A stretch of 64,000 nt of DNA, taken from the NCBI RefSeq assembly GCF_963676685.1, contig NC_092356.1, positions 50,282,001 to 50,346,000 on the forward strand. The letters are read 5' to 3'. Under the pieces are notes generated by a model, which saw only the letters and a list, made by a program, of their open reading frames with translations, searched no databases and was not told the origin of the DNA. This document shows positions 40,226-53,053 of the stretch, piece after piece; the stretch's first letter is position 1, and the number at the start of each line of letters is the position of its first letter. Source of the stretch: Mytilus edulis. Lineage: Eukaryota. The translations under genes and the position numbers were made by a program.

Positions 40226-41198
40226 TAATCACAAACTTTGACATTTTCAGATGTTGGAAATGGCAAACTGATAGAAAGAGTATAATGCTTTGGGGACCCA
40301 GTCACATAAAAACCAATACTAAGTACAAATAAGTGAAGTTTTACTCTGTATGATGATAAACTGATGACAGATATAAGGAGAGACTGGTGGATTGTAAAGT
40401 TGGTCTTTAAAACAGCATAACAGTATAACAGTATAGAGTTTGACTGATATAATGGGGTCAATTTTAGAGGACTTGAAATTCAAGCTTTACAGGTGCCAGC
40501 AGCCTACAATACATGAACTTGATCTAAACCTTATCATATACAAATGAACCAAAAGCAGTAACATATAGTCATTATAAGGCTCAGGGAAAAAAATGTGTAT
40601 GGCTAACTGTTGGAATACTGGGATGACACAATAATGCCCTTCCTCTTACATGTGTGAGGAGAAGATACAATGAAATAAGAGATACAGTATAGTGACATAA
40701 CAAGCATTCATTTCTAAGAAACTTGTTTTGAGTTATTTCATATACATTTTCCCCTTCCCCTTTCCCTTTTAATTCATTCATTAAAATAAAATAATGTTTT
40801 ATAGACAAATGAATTTCTACATGTATTCTAACCCAATTTGAAGACCCCATACTGTAACCACAATGTAACCATACCTAATCTTTAACACACCATTTATTAC
40901 CTTTTATCACCTATTTACCAACAAACAAACCACTCAGACACAATTATTTTAATCAGGTGTTAACTTAATTGATGTTTTTGTGAAAATTTAATGGTCAATT
41001 GGTCAATCTATTTTACCTTCTGATTATCTTATCAAAAATCTACACCTATATCTATGACCTAAGGCTACTTTAATACATGTATCTAAATGGCTAAAATCTA
41101 ACTGTCCCTTTGAAATAATAATGAACATAAAAAAGATAACAGATAAAAGGAATTATAATCAATGAAAGAAATATGGAACCTAGGTTTTGTATTCTGGC

Positions 41199-41392
41199 TA
41201 GACTTGCTACATGTCCCTTCCTAATTATGTTTTTTCCTTTTTTTTCAGTTTTGCCCCTTTACTAATTTTACTGCTATAACTAGGAGATTTCAATTATACC
41301 TTTCTCCAAGGGCAATCAGTAGACTGGCACTTATCAGTAAACATATAAATTAGTAAGAGAGAAATAATAAAAAGGGAATTGAAGCAAGTCTA
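41199..41392 (-). mobile_element. MITE with 9-bp TSD (Mutator-like), copy 2, inverted relative to copy 1
   Basis: Same body reverse-complemented; TSD tattctggc on both sides. Confidence 0.85.
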
Positions 41393-42883
41393 TATTCTGG
41401 CCTCATGACCATTTGTGATTCTTGATTATTAATTATAATTAATGTAAGGACCTCATTGGAAACAAGCGTTTTGTTTTCATTGGCCATTCTCAGCAGAAAT
41501 AAGGCATACAATATAACTGTGATCTCATCCATTACTATATCTCAAGGTTTTATGTAAATATGTTTTCATTTGCATTTGTATATATATTGCTTTTACTTAT
41601 ATAAATATTTTTATACTATTATTTAATGAAGATTAGATATTTAATAAAAATATAAAGATCCAGGTGTTGAAATATTTCACAATGAGCATTAAATGGAGTA
41701 TCACATTTTTATTATTGTACATTTAAAATTCCTTTCTTTTTCTTTTTTTGAAAATTCATATCCTAAAGATTTTTTCTGGTGATGAGTAAGCATTGGCAGA
41801 TGTTTTTAATGTAAATCTATGCTTGTATACAACATTCTCTTATCTTGGTGCAGCATTCATACTTTGTGACATCCAATGGCTTGTAAAACCAATCAGATAT
41901 ACAGATAATGATAAAAATATTCCCATGATCTAAACAATATGATGCTTTAACATAACATCAGAAAAGTAAGGCAGGTCTTTACAAAAAGCCAGTGGAAGAC
42001 TCAAGGATTTTCAAGAGGGACCAGATCAAGAAAATGTATTAACTTTCTTTACTTTTTAACCTTAAGTACACCCCTCCCCTCCCCCCCCCCCCCAAAAAAA
42101 AAAATAGCAACCCCAAAATGTTTTGACCCTTAGGTGTTAATTCTTTTGGAATTCATGTAAAACAGGTTAAGCCTTGACACCATTACAGTAATATACACAA
42201 TGTATAGCAATGACCTGAGCATCTAAGAAATCTTTTTAATTCAACAGAAAACTGTCATTAATTCAATTATTATACATTTTCAACTAATTTAGTAACTTAC
42301 CCTTACAGCCTAGAATAAATTATATTCCTAAGTTTTTGTATAAAATCCTAACATGGAATGTTCCCCTTCAGTTAGTTCACAGATAATAAGACAATTTGAT
42401 ATATCATACTTTCTCACACTAATGGACTTTCATGACCAAAAAGATAAACCCATTTACATATTAATATATAAACAACATGCATATGAAATAATTGTAATAA
42501 ATTATTTATAACTGTCCAGTGAACTACCCCCTGCAGGCTACTTGTTGGTCAAATAAGGTCAATAAAATATCACCAGCAGAGGTGTCGGACATAGATCAAA
42601 CTTTATAACTGTAAATGATATTCTAGTGGGTTTTTTTCTAGACTTGGATGACATAGATATTTTCTTGAATCTATGAGTTTCAGATGTCCGCTAATTGGTA
42701 TCTTCCACCTATGTTTTAAGGTACAAATCATATAAAATAAAGTTGTTATTTTAATAAGTATTCATTATATAGAAACAAGGAAATATACCACAAAGGACTA
42801 TAGAACAAAAGTAAGTCCAGTTAGGCAAACTACAGGTAAAATGAATCAATGGACAACAGGACAAAAGTTGGTAAACTACCTTG

Positions 42884-43263
42884 GTTAACTACCATGAAGG
42901 ACTACAGGACAAATGTTAGTTAAGAAAGGTAAACTACTATGAAGGACTACAGGACAAATGTTAGTTCAGAAAGGTAAACTACTATGAAGGACTACAGGAC
43001 AAATGTTAGTTCAGAAAGGTAAACTACTATGAAGGACTACAGGACAAATGTTAGTCCAGAAAGGTTAACTACCATGAAGGACTACAGGACAAATGTTAGT
43101 TCAGAAAGGTAAACTACCATGAAGGACTACAGGACAAATGTTAGTTCAGAAAGGTTAACTACCATGAAGGACTACAGGACAAATGTTAGTTCAGAAAGGT
43201 AAACTACTATGAAGGACTACAGGACAAATGTTAGTTCAGAAAGGTAAACTACTATGAAGGACT
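42884..43263. repeat. 45-bp tandem array, left part (~8.5 units; degenerate units extend back to ~42790)
   Basis: unit aaactactatgaaggactacaggacaaatgttagttcagaaaggt. Confidence 0.97.
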
Positions 43264-45917
43264 CACTAGTAGCCAGATTAAAGTCTGAAACGGTCATTTT
43301 GGTCTGATCAAGTCTTGATTGACTCAATTTACCGCTAGAGAAATACGTTGAGACTTTTCAGATTTTAAGACACTGTTCAGATATGTTATGTCAAGTCTGT
43401 TCAGTCATGTCAAGTTAATCAAGATGGAAGGCTCTAGCGTTCAATCAAGTCTGTTAAGACTGTTTTGGACAAATTAAGACCAATCATAAAAAGTATCTTT
43501 CAAAACTTTCAGATCGGGTTAAGATCCGTTTAGTGTGTTAGAATGATATTAGGAGTTACGCCCCTTTATGTGGATGATACATTGTATTATAAATGCTAGA
43601 ATAAAAAATGTATATTATTTTGAATTATTAAACATAAAATCATTCGTTGGCTTTTTATTTCTGTTGGTCTTTGTTTAAGGTGTAAGAGAATAAATTATAT
43701 ATTATACAGTTTTGTTAGCTTGTTTTGTTGTAGAAATAAATTATTCGCCAATAACTGTTTCTGATTTTATTTTTTATTTTTTTATTTTCTGGTGTTAATT
43801 TATGTATTTATCTACTTATTCTTTGAAAAAAGTAATTGCAAATTTTGGACGTAACACTAACAAAAGAGTGACAACAACATCTTATAAATTTCATACGTCC
43901 AAATCATGTTTCTGGATTATACTTCATCTGGAACGATCAACGCAAAATACAAGTATTTTATATGTCAGATAATTTATATCGTTAATTTCGTTATCCTCAT
44001 CAGGCCGCATCAGGGAACCATGTCTCCGTTTGAACTAAGCTTCTGAAACTGCTCTAAGGCTGTGAAGTGAGAGTGTTAAAACTATAAATAACATACCATC
44101 GGAAAGAGAAGGATGTCGATAGGTTTTACAGAAAAGAGAATGATCGGCTATAAATATGAATAATAGAGAAAATGGAAAAAAATATAAAGAATGGAGAATA
44201 ATAAGGTGCTTGAATATAACGAATTGATAATAATAGACAAAAAGTATAAAGATAAAACCCTGCCTACTAAACATTAAAGAATACAGAAATGAAGGACCCC
44301 AGATCCTCATAGATTAAAACAATATAACCTAATTTTAAGTTCAGCATCGAGTATATGTCTTAGTACATCTTTTTGTAAATGCGCTTATCCTTTCTTTCAT
44401 TTGAATAAAAAACTTATTTGATATAAAATATGTATTTATTTGTTTTTTCAGATTGCACTATTATAAATAATTCTTCTTCGTCTTCTCCTTCTAAACTGTA
44501 AAAGTAACGTATGTATGCGTAATATTCGGTCTATAAAGATTAAGTTCGATGGCACGTGCCAATAATCCAAAGGTATTAAAATCAACGATCCATAAAATTA
44601 CGTGGCAATTACAATGGCTATTTCACAGTTATATCATACGTGCACCTGTCATGGTATCATACATGTACCTCCGTATGTGTAGTACAAGGTTCTAAATCAT
44701 TTTTGATATCTTCTTTCTAACACTATTGACGACATTGTTTAAACTACATGCTCATGTCACAAAACCGCAAATTTAGTATAGTTATTAAAAAGATAAACGA
44801 TATTGAAAATGCATTTTTTTCTATCAAAAATGTATGGTCGTATATTTGTAACTCTAGGTGTTTACCTAAAATGTATTGAATATGTAAAAGTTGAGATTTT
44901 TTTTTCAAATATTTGCCAAAAGAAACATTTTCCGAAAAAAAAACCAATCCATATAATAACGTTTTGTCCTTTAAATCTTTTTTTGGGGGTCCGTAGAAAT
45001 ACCGCAAAAGACCCCTTTAGTGCAAAGAACAAAAAATTGCACTACGGACCTGATGGAATGATAAAATTGACACAAAGGACATTGCATAACTAAGTTAACG
45101 TTTTAGAAATAAATAATTTCAAGTTTTATAATCATATCTTGAGTAATAAGAAAGTTATTTAATGTTCTATCGACACGCGCCACACTCAGTTGATTGTAAT
45201 CTATAGAAATTCATTTTCGTTCAACCATGACCCGTTTTGATTAGACTAGTATACTTATTAAAAATGTATATATTATGTTATTTTATGTTGTTCTTATTTT
45301 TTATGGTATAGTTATTACTGCCGTATCTATTTTGCTTTTCTGTCTGCTATAGTTTTTACTTCCATGTAAAAGTGTATTTTCTACTTATTTTTGTTTCTTT
45401 TAATTTCGTTTGCTTGTTCCGTGAGATCACTTTTTTAAGTTTTCTAGTAATATTTTATAAAGATATTTTAAAATAGTAAAAAATGTATAGAGTTTGTTTA
45501 CCAACACATACTGACATAGAAGATACACATGTTTCGCAAAGTATCACAGTTTATTACATTTTTGTTGAGCCTGCTACTTTTGTTGCAAAAGCGAGACATA
45601 GCGATCCACAAACCACAAATATTCACTTTGTGGTTAAAGTGTTTGAGACTATAATAACTTTCTTAAACTATCCTGGATTTCTACTAAACTAGGACAGAAG
45701 CTTGTTTTTGATCATAAGATAGCTGGAAAAAAAAAAGAATTGTTTATCCGTATTTTTATTTATAACTGACTTTTTGGTTTTTCTGTAAGCTTATATGAAT
45801 TCACTCTGTTTAATAAAAATCACATTTTTATGTCGGGGCCTTTTAATGATCGGTCGACTATATGGCAATGTTTTTCTCGTTATCGAAGGCCGTATTGTTG
45901 CCTATAATTGCTTTTCT

Positions 45918-46093
45918 ACCTCAGGCATAGATTACCTTAGCTGTATTTGGCAAAACCTTTAGGAATTTTGGTCCTCAATGCTCTTCAACTTCGTACTTTA
46001 TTTGGCCTTTTTAACTTTTTTGGATTTGAGCGTCATTGATGAGTCTTTTGTAGACGAAACGCGCGTCTGGCGTATATACAAAATTTAGTCCTG
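45918..46093 (+). mobile_element. Retrozyme/Penelope-associated repeat unit carrying a hammerhead motif
   Basis: Contains the type I hammerhead fold at 46030-46073; the outer boundaries rest on my recall of this repeat family. Confidence 0.6.
46030..46073 (+). ncRNA. Type I hammerhead ribozyme motif (C3->U variant)
   Basis: gcgtca-tTGATGA-gtct(tttgt)agac-GAAA-c(gcgc)g-TC^-tggcgt: stems I, II and III all pair; cleavage triplet GUC ends at 46067. Confidence 0.75.
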
Positions 46094-47551
46094 GTATCTT
46101 TGACGAGTTTATTTGCTATAAGACGTCTATGACTATTTTCGACCTTGTCGTCTTATTTTTTAAATTACGTCATTGATGAGCTGATCACTACAACGTTTAA
46201 ACAAAATATTCGTTCCCGTGAAAACTATAAGATTTGTTTAACTTTCAAATTTCATCGTGATCTCTTCTCAGGATATAACGGCTATCTGTATGTTAGTTTT
46301 ACAGCTAATTTCCCAATGCATGTAAAGCTTAGTTTGTATATTTTACAATTGTAATTGGGATAATATCCAATCAAATTTAAATATAATATGTACAGATTAA
46401 AATGTGCCTCTACATTGCTTGAAGATGTCAATGTTATTTACAAAGCTTGAATTCATGTTTATACCAACAGAGCAAGCAAGCCTATCAAAATTTTACTCTA
46501 CAAGCATTAGGAAATAAGCTGTAAAGTCGACAAGATAACAGGTTAATGTATTCAAGTGATTTTCAGAATTTAAGATTTGTTGCAATTCTAAAGTACAATG
46601 GTTAAATCAATCTTATTATCTTTGATGTGCCACATGGGCATCCCTATAAAAAAAAGACAGTCCAGTCCATGCGTGGCCCATGACATTAGATATTATGCAT
46701 GTCAGTGGATATTTTCTTTGTGAAGCTAGCACTAATAACCTATATTATTTACGTGTCTGAAATATTTTGAAAAGTGTAACTTAACTCTTGAACAGACCAT
46801 TTATAAACGTCGTTTGTGTGAATTCGGGATTTACACGTATTAAAAACTCTTCACTTTTCGGCATTCGAGAAAACATATATTCAGCAAACACTATTGAGGA
46901 ACACAAATAAAAAATAAATTTAATTTGTTAATATTTGCAACTCTTAAACCCAGCTGATATTTTTTTTATTTCTCACTTGACAAATGGGATATACACGACT
47001 TCCCAAATTTAATCTAATATTCACCTAATATATGCTCAAAGTCAACTTATTTTAAAGAAGTTTTAAAAATAAAATGGTTAAATGCATTTTTTTTTTTACA
47101 TAAAGCACAAATATATTTACATGTTTCATTATCAGATCAAAATATCTTAAATACCCCAGTCCAGAGATACTGTGTATACATGTACCATATCGAGAATTTC
47201 ACATTCATACTTGTTACGTAACGAGATATGTGCTCATGTAAAAAGATCCAGCAGGTGGTGTATATTCTAAAGTGTTTATCGTCTTCTATTATACATGCCG
47301 ATGGCGATGACATTTAGCTTGAGTGCCATTTTGTTTTCGCAAAGAAAAACAAAAAATTAAACAATTTTATAGATATAATATTCTGTTGAAAAATCATTTT
47401 TAAAGGTGAACAGATAAGCATAACGTCTTCGCAATTTCTTGTTAACAGCCATGGACACAGATGTCAGAATGAATAAGAAAACACTAAATTCTTAAACAAT
47501 ATATTGTAAAATGGACACCAAACACATTTTGATAGAATAGTGTACTGATAG

Positions 47552-48145
47552 TATAAAAAAGAAGATGTGGTATGATTGCCAATGAAACAACTATCCACAA
47601 AAGACCAAAATGACACAGACATTAACAACTATAGGTCACCGTACGGCCTTCAACAATGAGCAAAGCCCATACCGCATAGTGAGCTATAAGAGGCCCCGAT
47701 AAGACAATGTAAAACAATTCAAACGAGAAAACTAACGGCCTTATTTATGTAAAAAAAATGAACGAAAAACAAATATGTAACACATAAACAAATGACAACC
47801 ACTGAATTACAGGCTCCTGACTTGGGACAGGCACATACATAAATTATGTGGCGGGGTTAAACATGTTAGCGGGATCCCCACCCTCCACCTAACCTAGGAC
47901 AGTGGTATAACAGTACAACATAAGAACGAACTATAAAAATCAGATGAAAAAGGCTTAACTCATCAGATGGACAAAAATACAAGTGGACGCGGCCCGGTAC
48001 TTATACATCCCGACACAAAAAGACACAATGAACAAATCTGAGAGCATTCGCAGTTATCTGACAGCTAGTTCAAAGTCACTAACAACTAATAAAAAAATCA
48101 TGTAACTAAGACTAAACTATCAATCCGTACACATCCAACATCCAT
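47552..48145 (-). mobile_element. Longest copy of an abundant dispersed repeat (class unassigned, retroposon-like); more than 10 partial copies in the window
   Basis: Common end ...ttgtctcattggcaatcataccacatcttctttt also seen near 3340, 11115, 15065, 30945, 34050, 34805, 49945, 50010, 55297, 61395. Confidence 0.75.
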
Positions 48146-48505
48146 CTATCTTTTTCAGATATTTCTTTTCCGCCATTCATAAGTTTAAGGTTTACTTTGA
48201 CTTAATGCTATACATGTATAATGTGTGTTCAGAGATGGATTTATAAACTTTATGCTTAAAATAATAAACCCAAACAGACAATAAACAGGTGATTTTGGTG
48301 ACCATTTAGACTTCGTTTAGATAACACACGTCTTCAAAATTAATAGTTTAAAATAAAATGTTGGGGATTTAAAATGTATATCCAAACCTATTCTATTACT
48401 TTCCTCTGAGCAAAGTCTTAAGAAAAATATATATTGAAACTGTAGGAGATCATAGTGGGTTGAACGACAACGAGACACTCGCAACCAAACAACAAAAATC
48501 ACATA

Positions 48506-50239
48506 GTCACGTTTTTCCAACATTTGATAATTAGACTAAAACAACATAAGGGATTAGGAGGTCCTCATAAGGACTGGCATCGTGATAATTACCTGTAATT
48601 CACCTATATCAGGTCTTAACTCAAATATTGTAAAAAGGGGGATATTGTTAAAAAATATTTATATCAAAACATCAAGGATTTGTATAGTACTATACAAATC
48701 CTTGAAAACATTAACAAACCATATATTTTTGGTCGAGTATAACCAGAAACGGTTACGTAATTATTTTCATCCGCCGTATTTGATTTACAAAATTAAAAAG
48801 GTTATTCAACAAAAAAATCCTTAAATAAACAAGGGAAATTCTAATCAAACTGAAAATTTCATAAAAAATTATGAAGAAATAATCTCGAAATTATTTTTTT
48901 TAAAAGATATTTTTTTATTGAAAGTAACATGTTCACTGACTGTACCTCATTTTAGTAATTTATTCCATTACATGATATATTTTTGTATTTCTGTTACATG
49001 TAGATGTTAAAATCTAAACCGATGCAAAACAGCAAAGTTTTATTTATGTAAAAAGTCACCAAAAGCGATTGTCTTCTAGTGCGAAGAACCATATATTTAC
49101 CTAGTCGTTCTGTCTGTATATCACTAGAGCCGAAGCCAGTTTTCGTGGTATGCTGTCTTGGCAGATGAAATAGTCAGTCGTATATCTGTTCACTTTTTCC
49201 TCGAAAACGGAGCTGATACAAATTGGGTACATCACGTCGCGTCATGATCTATATAGTGTTGAACTGTGGGAACTGGCTTGGTGAATATTGTGCACTACTA
49301 GTATTTTCGATTTGTTACTTAAGCTTTGGACAAGTTGACTAAGAATTTTGAATTAAACTGTATAGGTAATAATAAGCTGCGTTTTGTACTTTTATATAAG
49401 ATTAATGACTCAAGATATATAAATTCTTAATAGCTCTCAAAATATTAAATGTTAATTTTTATTCAAGATCGCAACATTGTAATCTATAATACATTATTGT
49501 GAAAAATAGAGAACAAAATTATGAAAAAAAACAAAAAATTGCTTCCGGCCGTACGGTAACGGATACTGGATGTGTAGTGATTGATAATTTAGTCTTAGAT
49601 TATTTGTTGATTGTTTATGTATGTTTTTGTACAGTTCTTTTATTGTTCTGTTGCACCAATGTCTCAAGATAAGGGGGAGTGTTGGAGCCTGTAATTCGGT
49701 GGTTGTCGTTGCTGTGTAATATATTCGTTTTTCGTTCATTATACTGTACATAAAATAGGCCGTTATATTTCTCGTTTGAATTGTTAAACATTTGTTTTCT
49801 CGGGTCCTTTTAAAGCTGACTATGCGGTATGACTTTGCTCATTGTTAAAGGCCGTACGGTGATCTATATTTGTTAATGTCTGTGTCATTTGGTCTCTTGC
49901 GAATAGTTGTCTCATTGGCAATCATACCACATCTTCTTTTTTATGTATAATTGTTAACTTCTATTTCATTTGGTCTCTTGTAGAGAGTTGTCTCATTGTC
50001 TATCATACCATGCACATATAAAATAAAAAATTACATCACTGTGTTAGACTATATGGACTTTTACAATTTTGGGAGACTATTAAAAAATATTTATTTCTTT
50101 AAAAAATATATACCTTTTTAACAATATTTTGGTCAAGAACAGGTGAATTACAGGTAGATATCAAGATCCAGTCCTTAAGAGGACCCCATAATCCCTAGTG
50201 CTGTTTTAGTCTAATTACCAAATGTTGGAGAAACGTGAC
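48506..50239. mobile_element. ~1.7-kb element bounded by ~100-150-bp imperfect inverted repeats, nested in the CACTA element
   Basis: gtcacgtttttccaacatttgataattagactaaaac...acctgtaattcacct (48506-48605) vs its reverse complement at 50141-50239. Confidence 0.7.
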
Positions 50240-52744
50240 CACAAGGACGGCTAGTGGGCAACATATAAGTGTTCACCAATAGATAGGTGTATACACAACA
50301 TGCCATTTCTAAATCATCCCTTATGTCTTTATTATTGTGAATAATTTATCCCGGATAATAGAATACATGTTCTAGTCATGTCTTTGATTTAACAGAACAA
50401 ATGATAAAAGATTCAAAAATTTGTTGTTTGTGATTATTCATAGTTGACTAGTTCTATATTTACCAGTGACACGAGTCCTAATTTTCAAGAAAAGGGACAG
50501 AAAAAGTATTAAACAAAAATAACCGGTTTTTCAAAACTATATTTTTGAAAATTCACTGCATGATTTAAACAGCTTTAAAGTGTTTCATTTAATTCTATCT
50601 TTTAGCGTATACGAAAAATTGATAACAAGTTAAACTTCAGTGTTCATGACTTACGACTATTTTATATTTCTTGTGAAATTGATAGATGAGAAGGTTTTCA
50701 CAAATACCGAACAAAAAATATAGCGTAAACGTCAATTAATGGACAAGCAACACAACGAGAAAAATAAAATTTATATGAAATAAAGTAACAACATAAGTTT
50801 ACAAATACGTACTTACATGTTGTAGGTGCATTTAATAAAAACAACATTTGAACTTATTATTAACATTTTTTTTTTTCAATTGTAATTTTATGTGTATGTA
50901 TATTTAATGTTACCCGATATGGAGTTCTTCTAAAAATAAAAATCACTTGAATGGGTATTTCTGGTGTATATACATGTATCACACGTGCTATCTACATGTA
51001 CAATATACGGAAATGACACGGCTGGGTATTGTAAAGTTACTGAAGGAAGATTAATGTCAGCTGCATATCCCCGGACGAAGAATTTACTGGTTTGTCAAAA
51101 CGGTCAGTTGTAATTTGTCAAATTGTAAAGGTTTGAATCGCGCCCATCTCTTCTTTCTTTTTTATAATATGAATTGCGCCAATAAATGGAACTTTACACA
51201 TTCCCCATTTCCATTTTCCATTTTATTAGTTGTGTCATATTTACCTCGAAACGATTTACTTATTTGCACGTACATGTTACATTAGAATACTGACTTCAAC
51301 TGTTAAATACCTAAATATAATTACTAAAGATATGATTATAAAATTTGAAATTAAGTACTTTAAGAAAGTCTCCATTTTATGTCATGTTTTTGTGTCAGTT
51401 CTATCACCCCATCAGGTCCTAAGTGCATTATTTTGTTCTAAGTGCACTAAGGAGACCCTTTGCTTGTACCTGTCAATACCGGAAAGGACCTCATCAATGC
51501 ACTAAGAACAAACATCTGAAAACAAGTCTATAATATTTGCGCAATTAAATGGTTGTTTTATTGGCGCAAATGAATGCTGCAGTTTTTACAATAAAGCATG
51601 TAAAATAAGAATTGGCGTAATTAAGTTGTTGCGCAAATTCATTCTTTTTCAGTGAAACTAGATATCCAGTGGCAGATTCAGAGGGGGCGTAGAGGATGTA
51701 CGCCCCTCTTCAATGATATCTCAATGTAAATGTAGTCCTGCTTTTTTTTAATTTTACACTTTATTCTGTCCTGCATTTCTTAGTTATTAATTTATCCTGA
51801 CTTGTTTTTCATTAAGTCATCATGACTTTTCTATTTCGCAAGATGGCCATACTGCCTTTTTTCTCTTAACTCCCGTCATGCTTTATTTCAATTTTTATAC
51901 GTCAGACAAACTTCTTCATGCATGTAACTTCATATTTCAAAATGGATACGAAATGTCTTAATTGATACGTTCTACATTGCATTTAAAACATCCATTGGAA
52001 GAATATTGTATAATAAGAAATCCTTGTCCGCTGTTGGAAGTTCTGTTTCGCCATTTTTCGTTCTTGTCATGAGACGATATTTCAGGGGTTTTGATTGTTA
52101 AACTCGTTAAATCAAATAACGAACATATTCCATCTCAACATGAGAAAGAGTGGCTCATTTACATTTATCAATGATTATCGTTTATAAGATGTTGTACTTT
52201 CAATGCTATTTATAAACGCCGAGTAAAATTTTAAAAGTTTGGTATACAAATTTTAAATTATAATTGATCTTAAAAATATTCAGTAGACAATGGGACATAT
52301 CAAACAATCATTATTCATCTATTATATTATAACAATTTTTATTCACAAAGGCTTACAATGATAAATGAAATCAATGTTTTGTTGTCAATGTTACAATTTA
52401 TGTATTGTTCTATGGTGACGAGTCTTTGAGTTCTGACGAAAATTATAGTGTTTTTCTATCTTTCCACAAAGTATATAAAAGTACCAAGCGTTTTTCTCAA
52501 CTTTGACAACCTTCTTCTGTAACAGATGTTGGCAAAATTTGTCAACGGCAATGTTCAAAGCGCTTAGACAATTCCAGTGCGATTCAAATATGATGTAATG
52601 GTATAGAAAAACCTTGCAGCTGAGTAACTTTTGACAAAAACATGCTACATTTGAGAAAAAAGGGCTGTAAAAATTTTACATATATCTGCCGTCGCCATAT
52701 TGGGATAGTCGTAATTCCAGTTACGGTTACCAGTTTAATACCAG

Positions 52745-53053
52745 TGCAGTTGAGAAATATGGTACATTTATTCAAATGCAGATATAAACCTTATCAATAT
52801 TAAACCCAATCCCGCAAGCAGCTGTGGTCATCCTGTTGAGGATAGTATTCACTATTTGTTAAGTGCCCTTTTATCAACGAAGCAACAGAAATATTGTTTT
52901 CAAAATTAGAAAGATCTACTATATCCATTTTGCTTTCATTGGCTGGTGACGGTGACCTTTCCTTTCAACTATTGTATCTGTAATTATAATGTATGTTTCT
53001 CTGAAAACTTGTATTTAGTTTTTAGAGAATAAAGTATCTATCTATCTATCTAT
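52745..53053 (+). mobile_element. 3' fragment of a CR1/L2-type LINE
   Basis: Degenerate NADINLINIKPNPASSCGHPVEDSIHYL/KCPFY, resembling the C-terminal Cys/His region of CR1/L2 ORF2, followed by aataaa and a (tcta)n tail. Confidence 0.6.

Noticed and set aside
47940-47990. CTGATGAG on the minus strand of the dispersed repeat as a hammerhead core
   Set aside because: No stem II or downstream GAAA at the required spacing.
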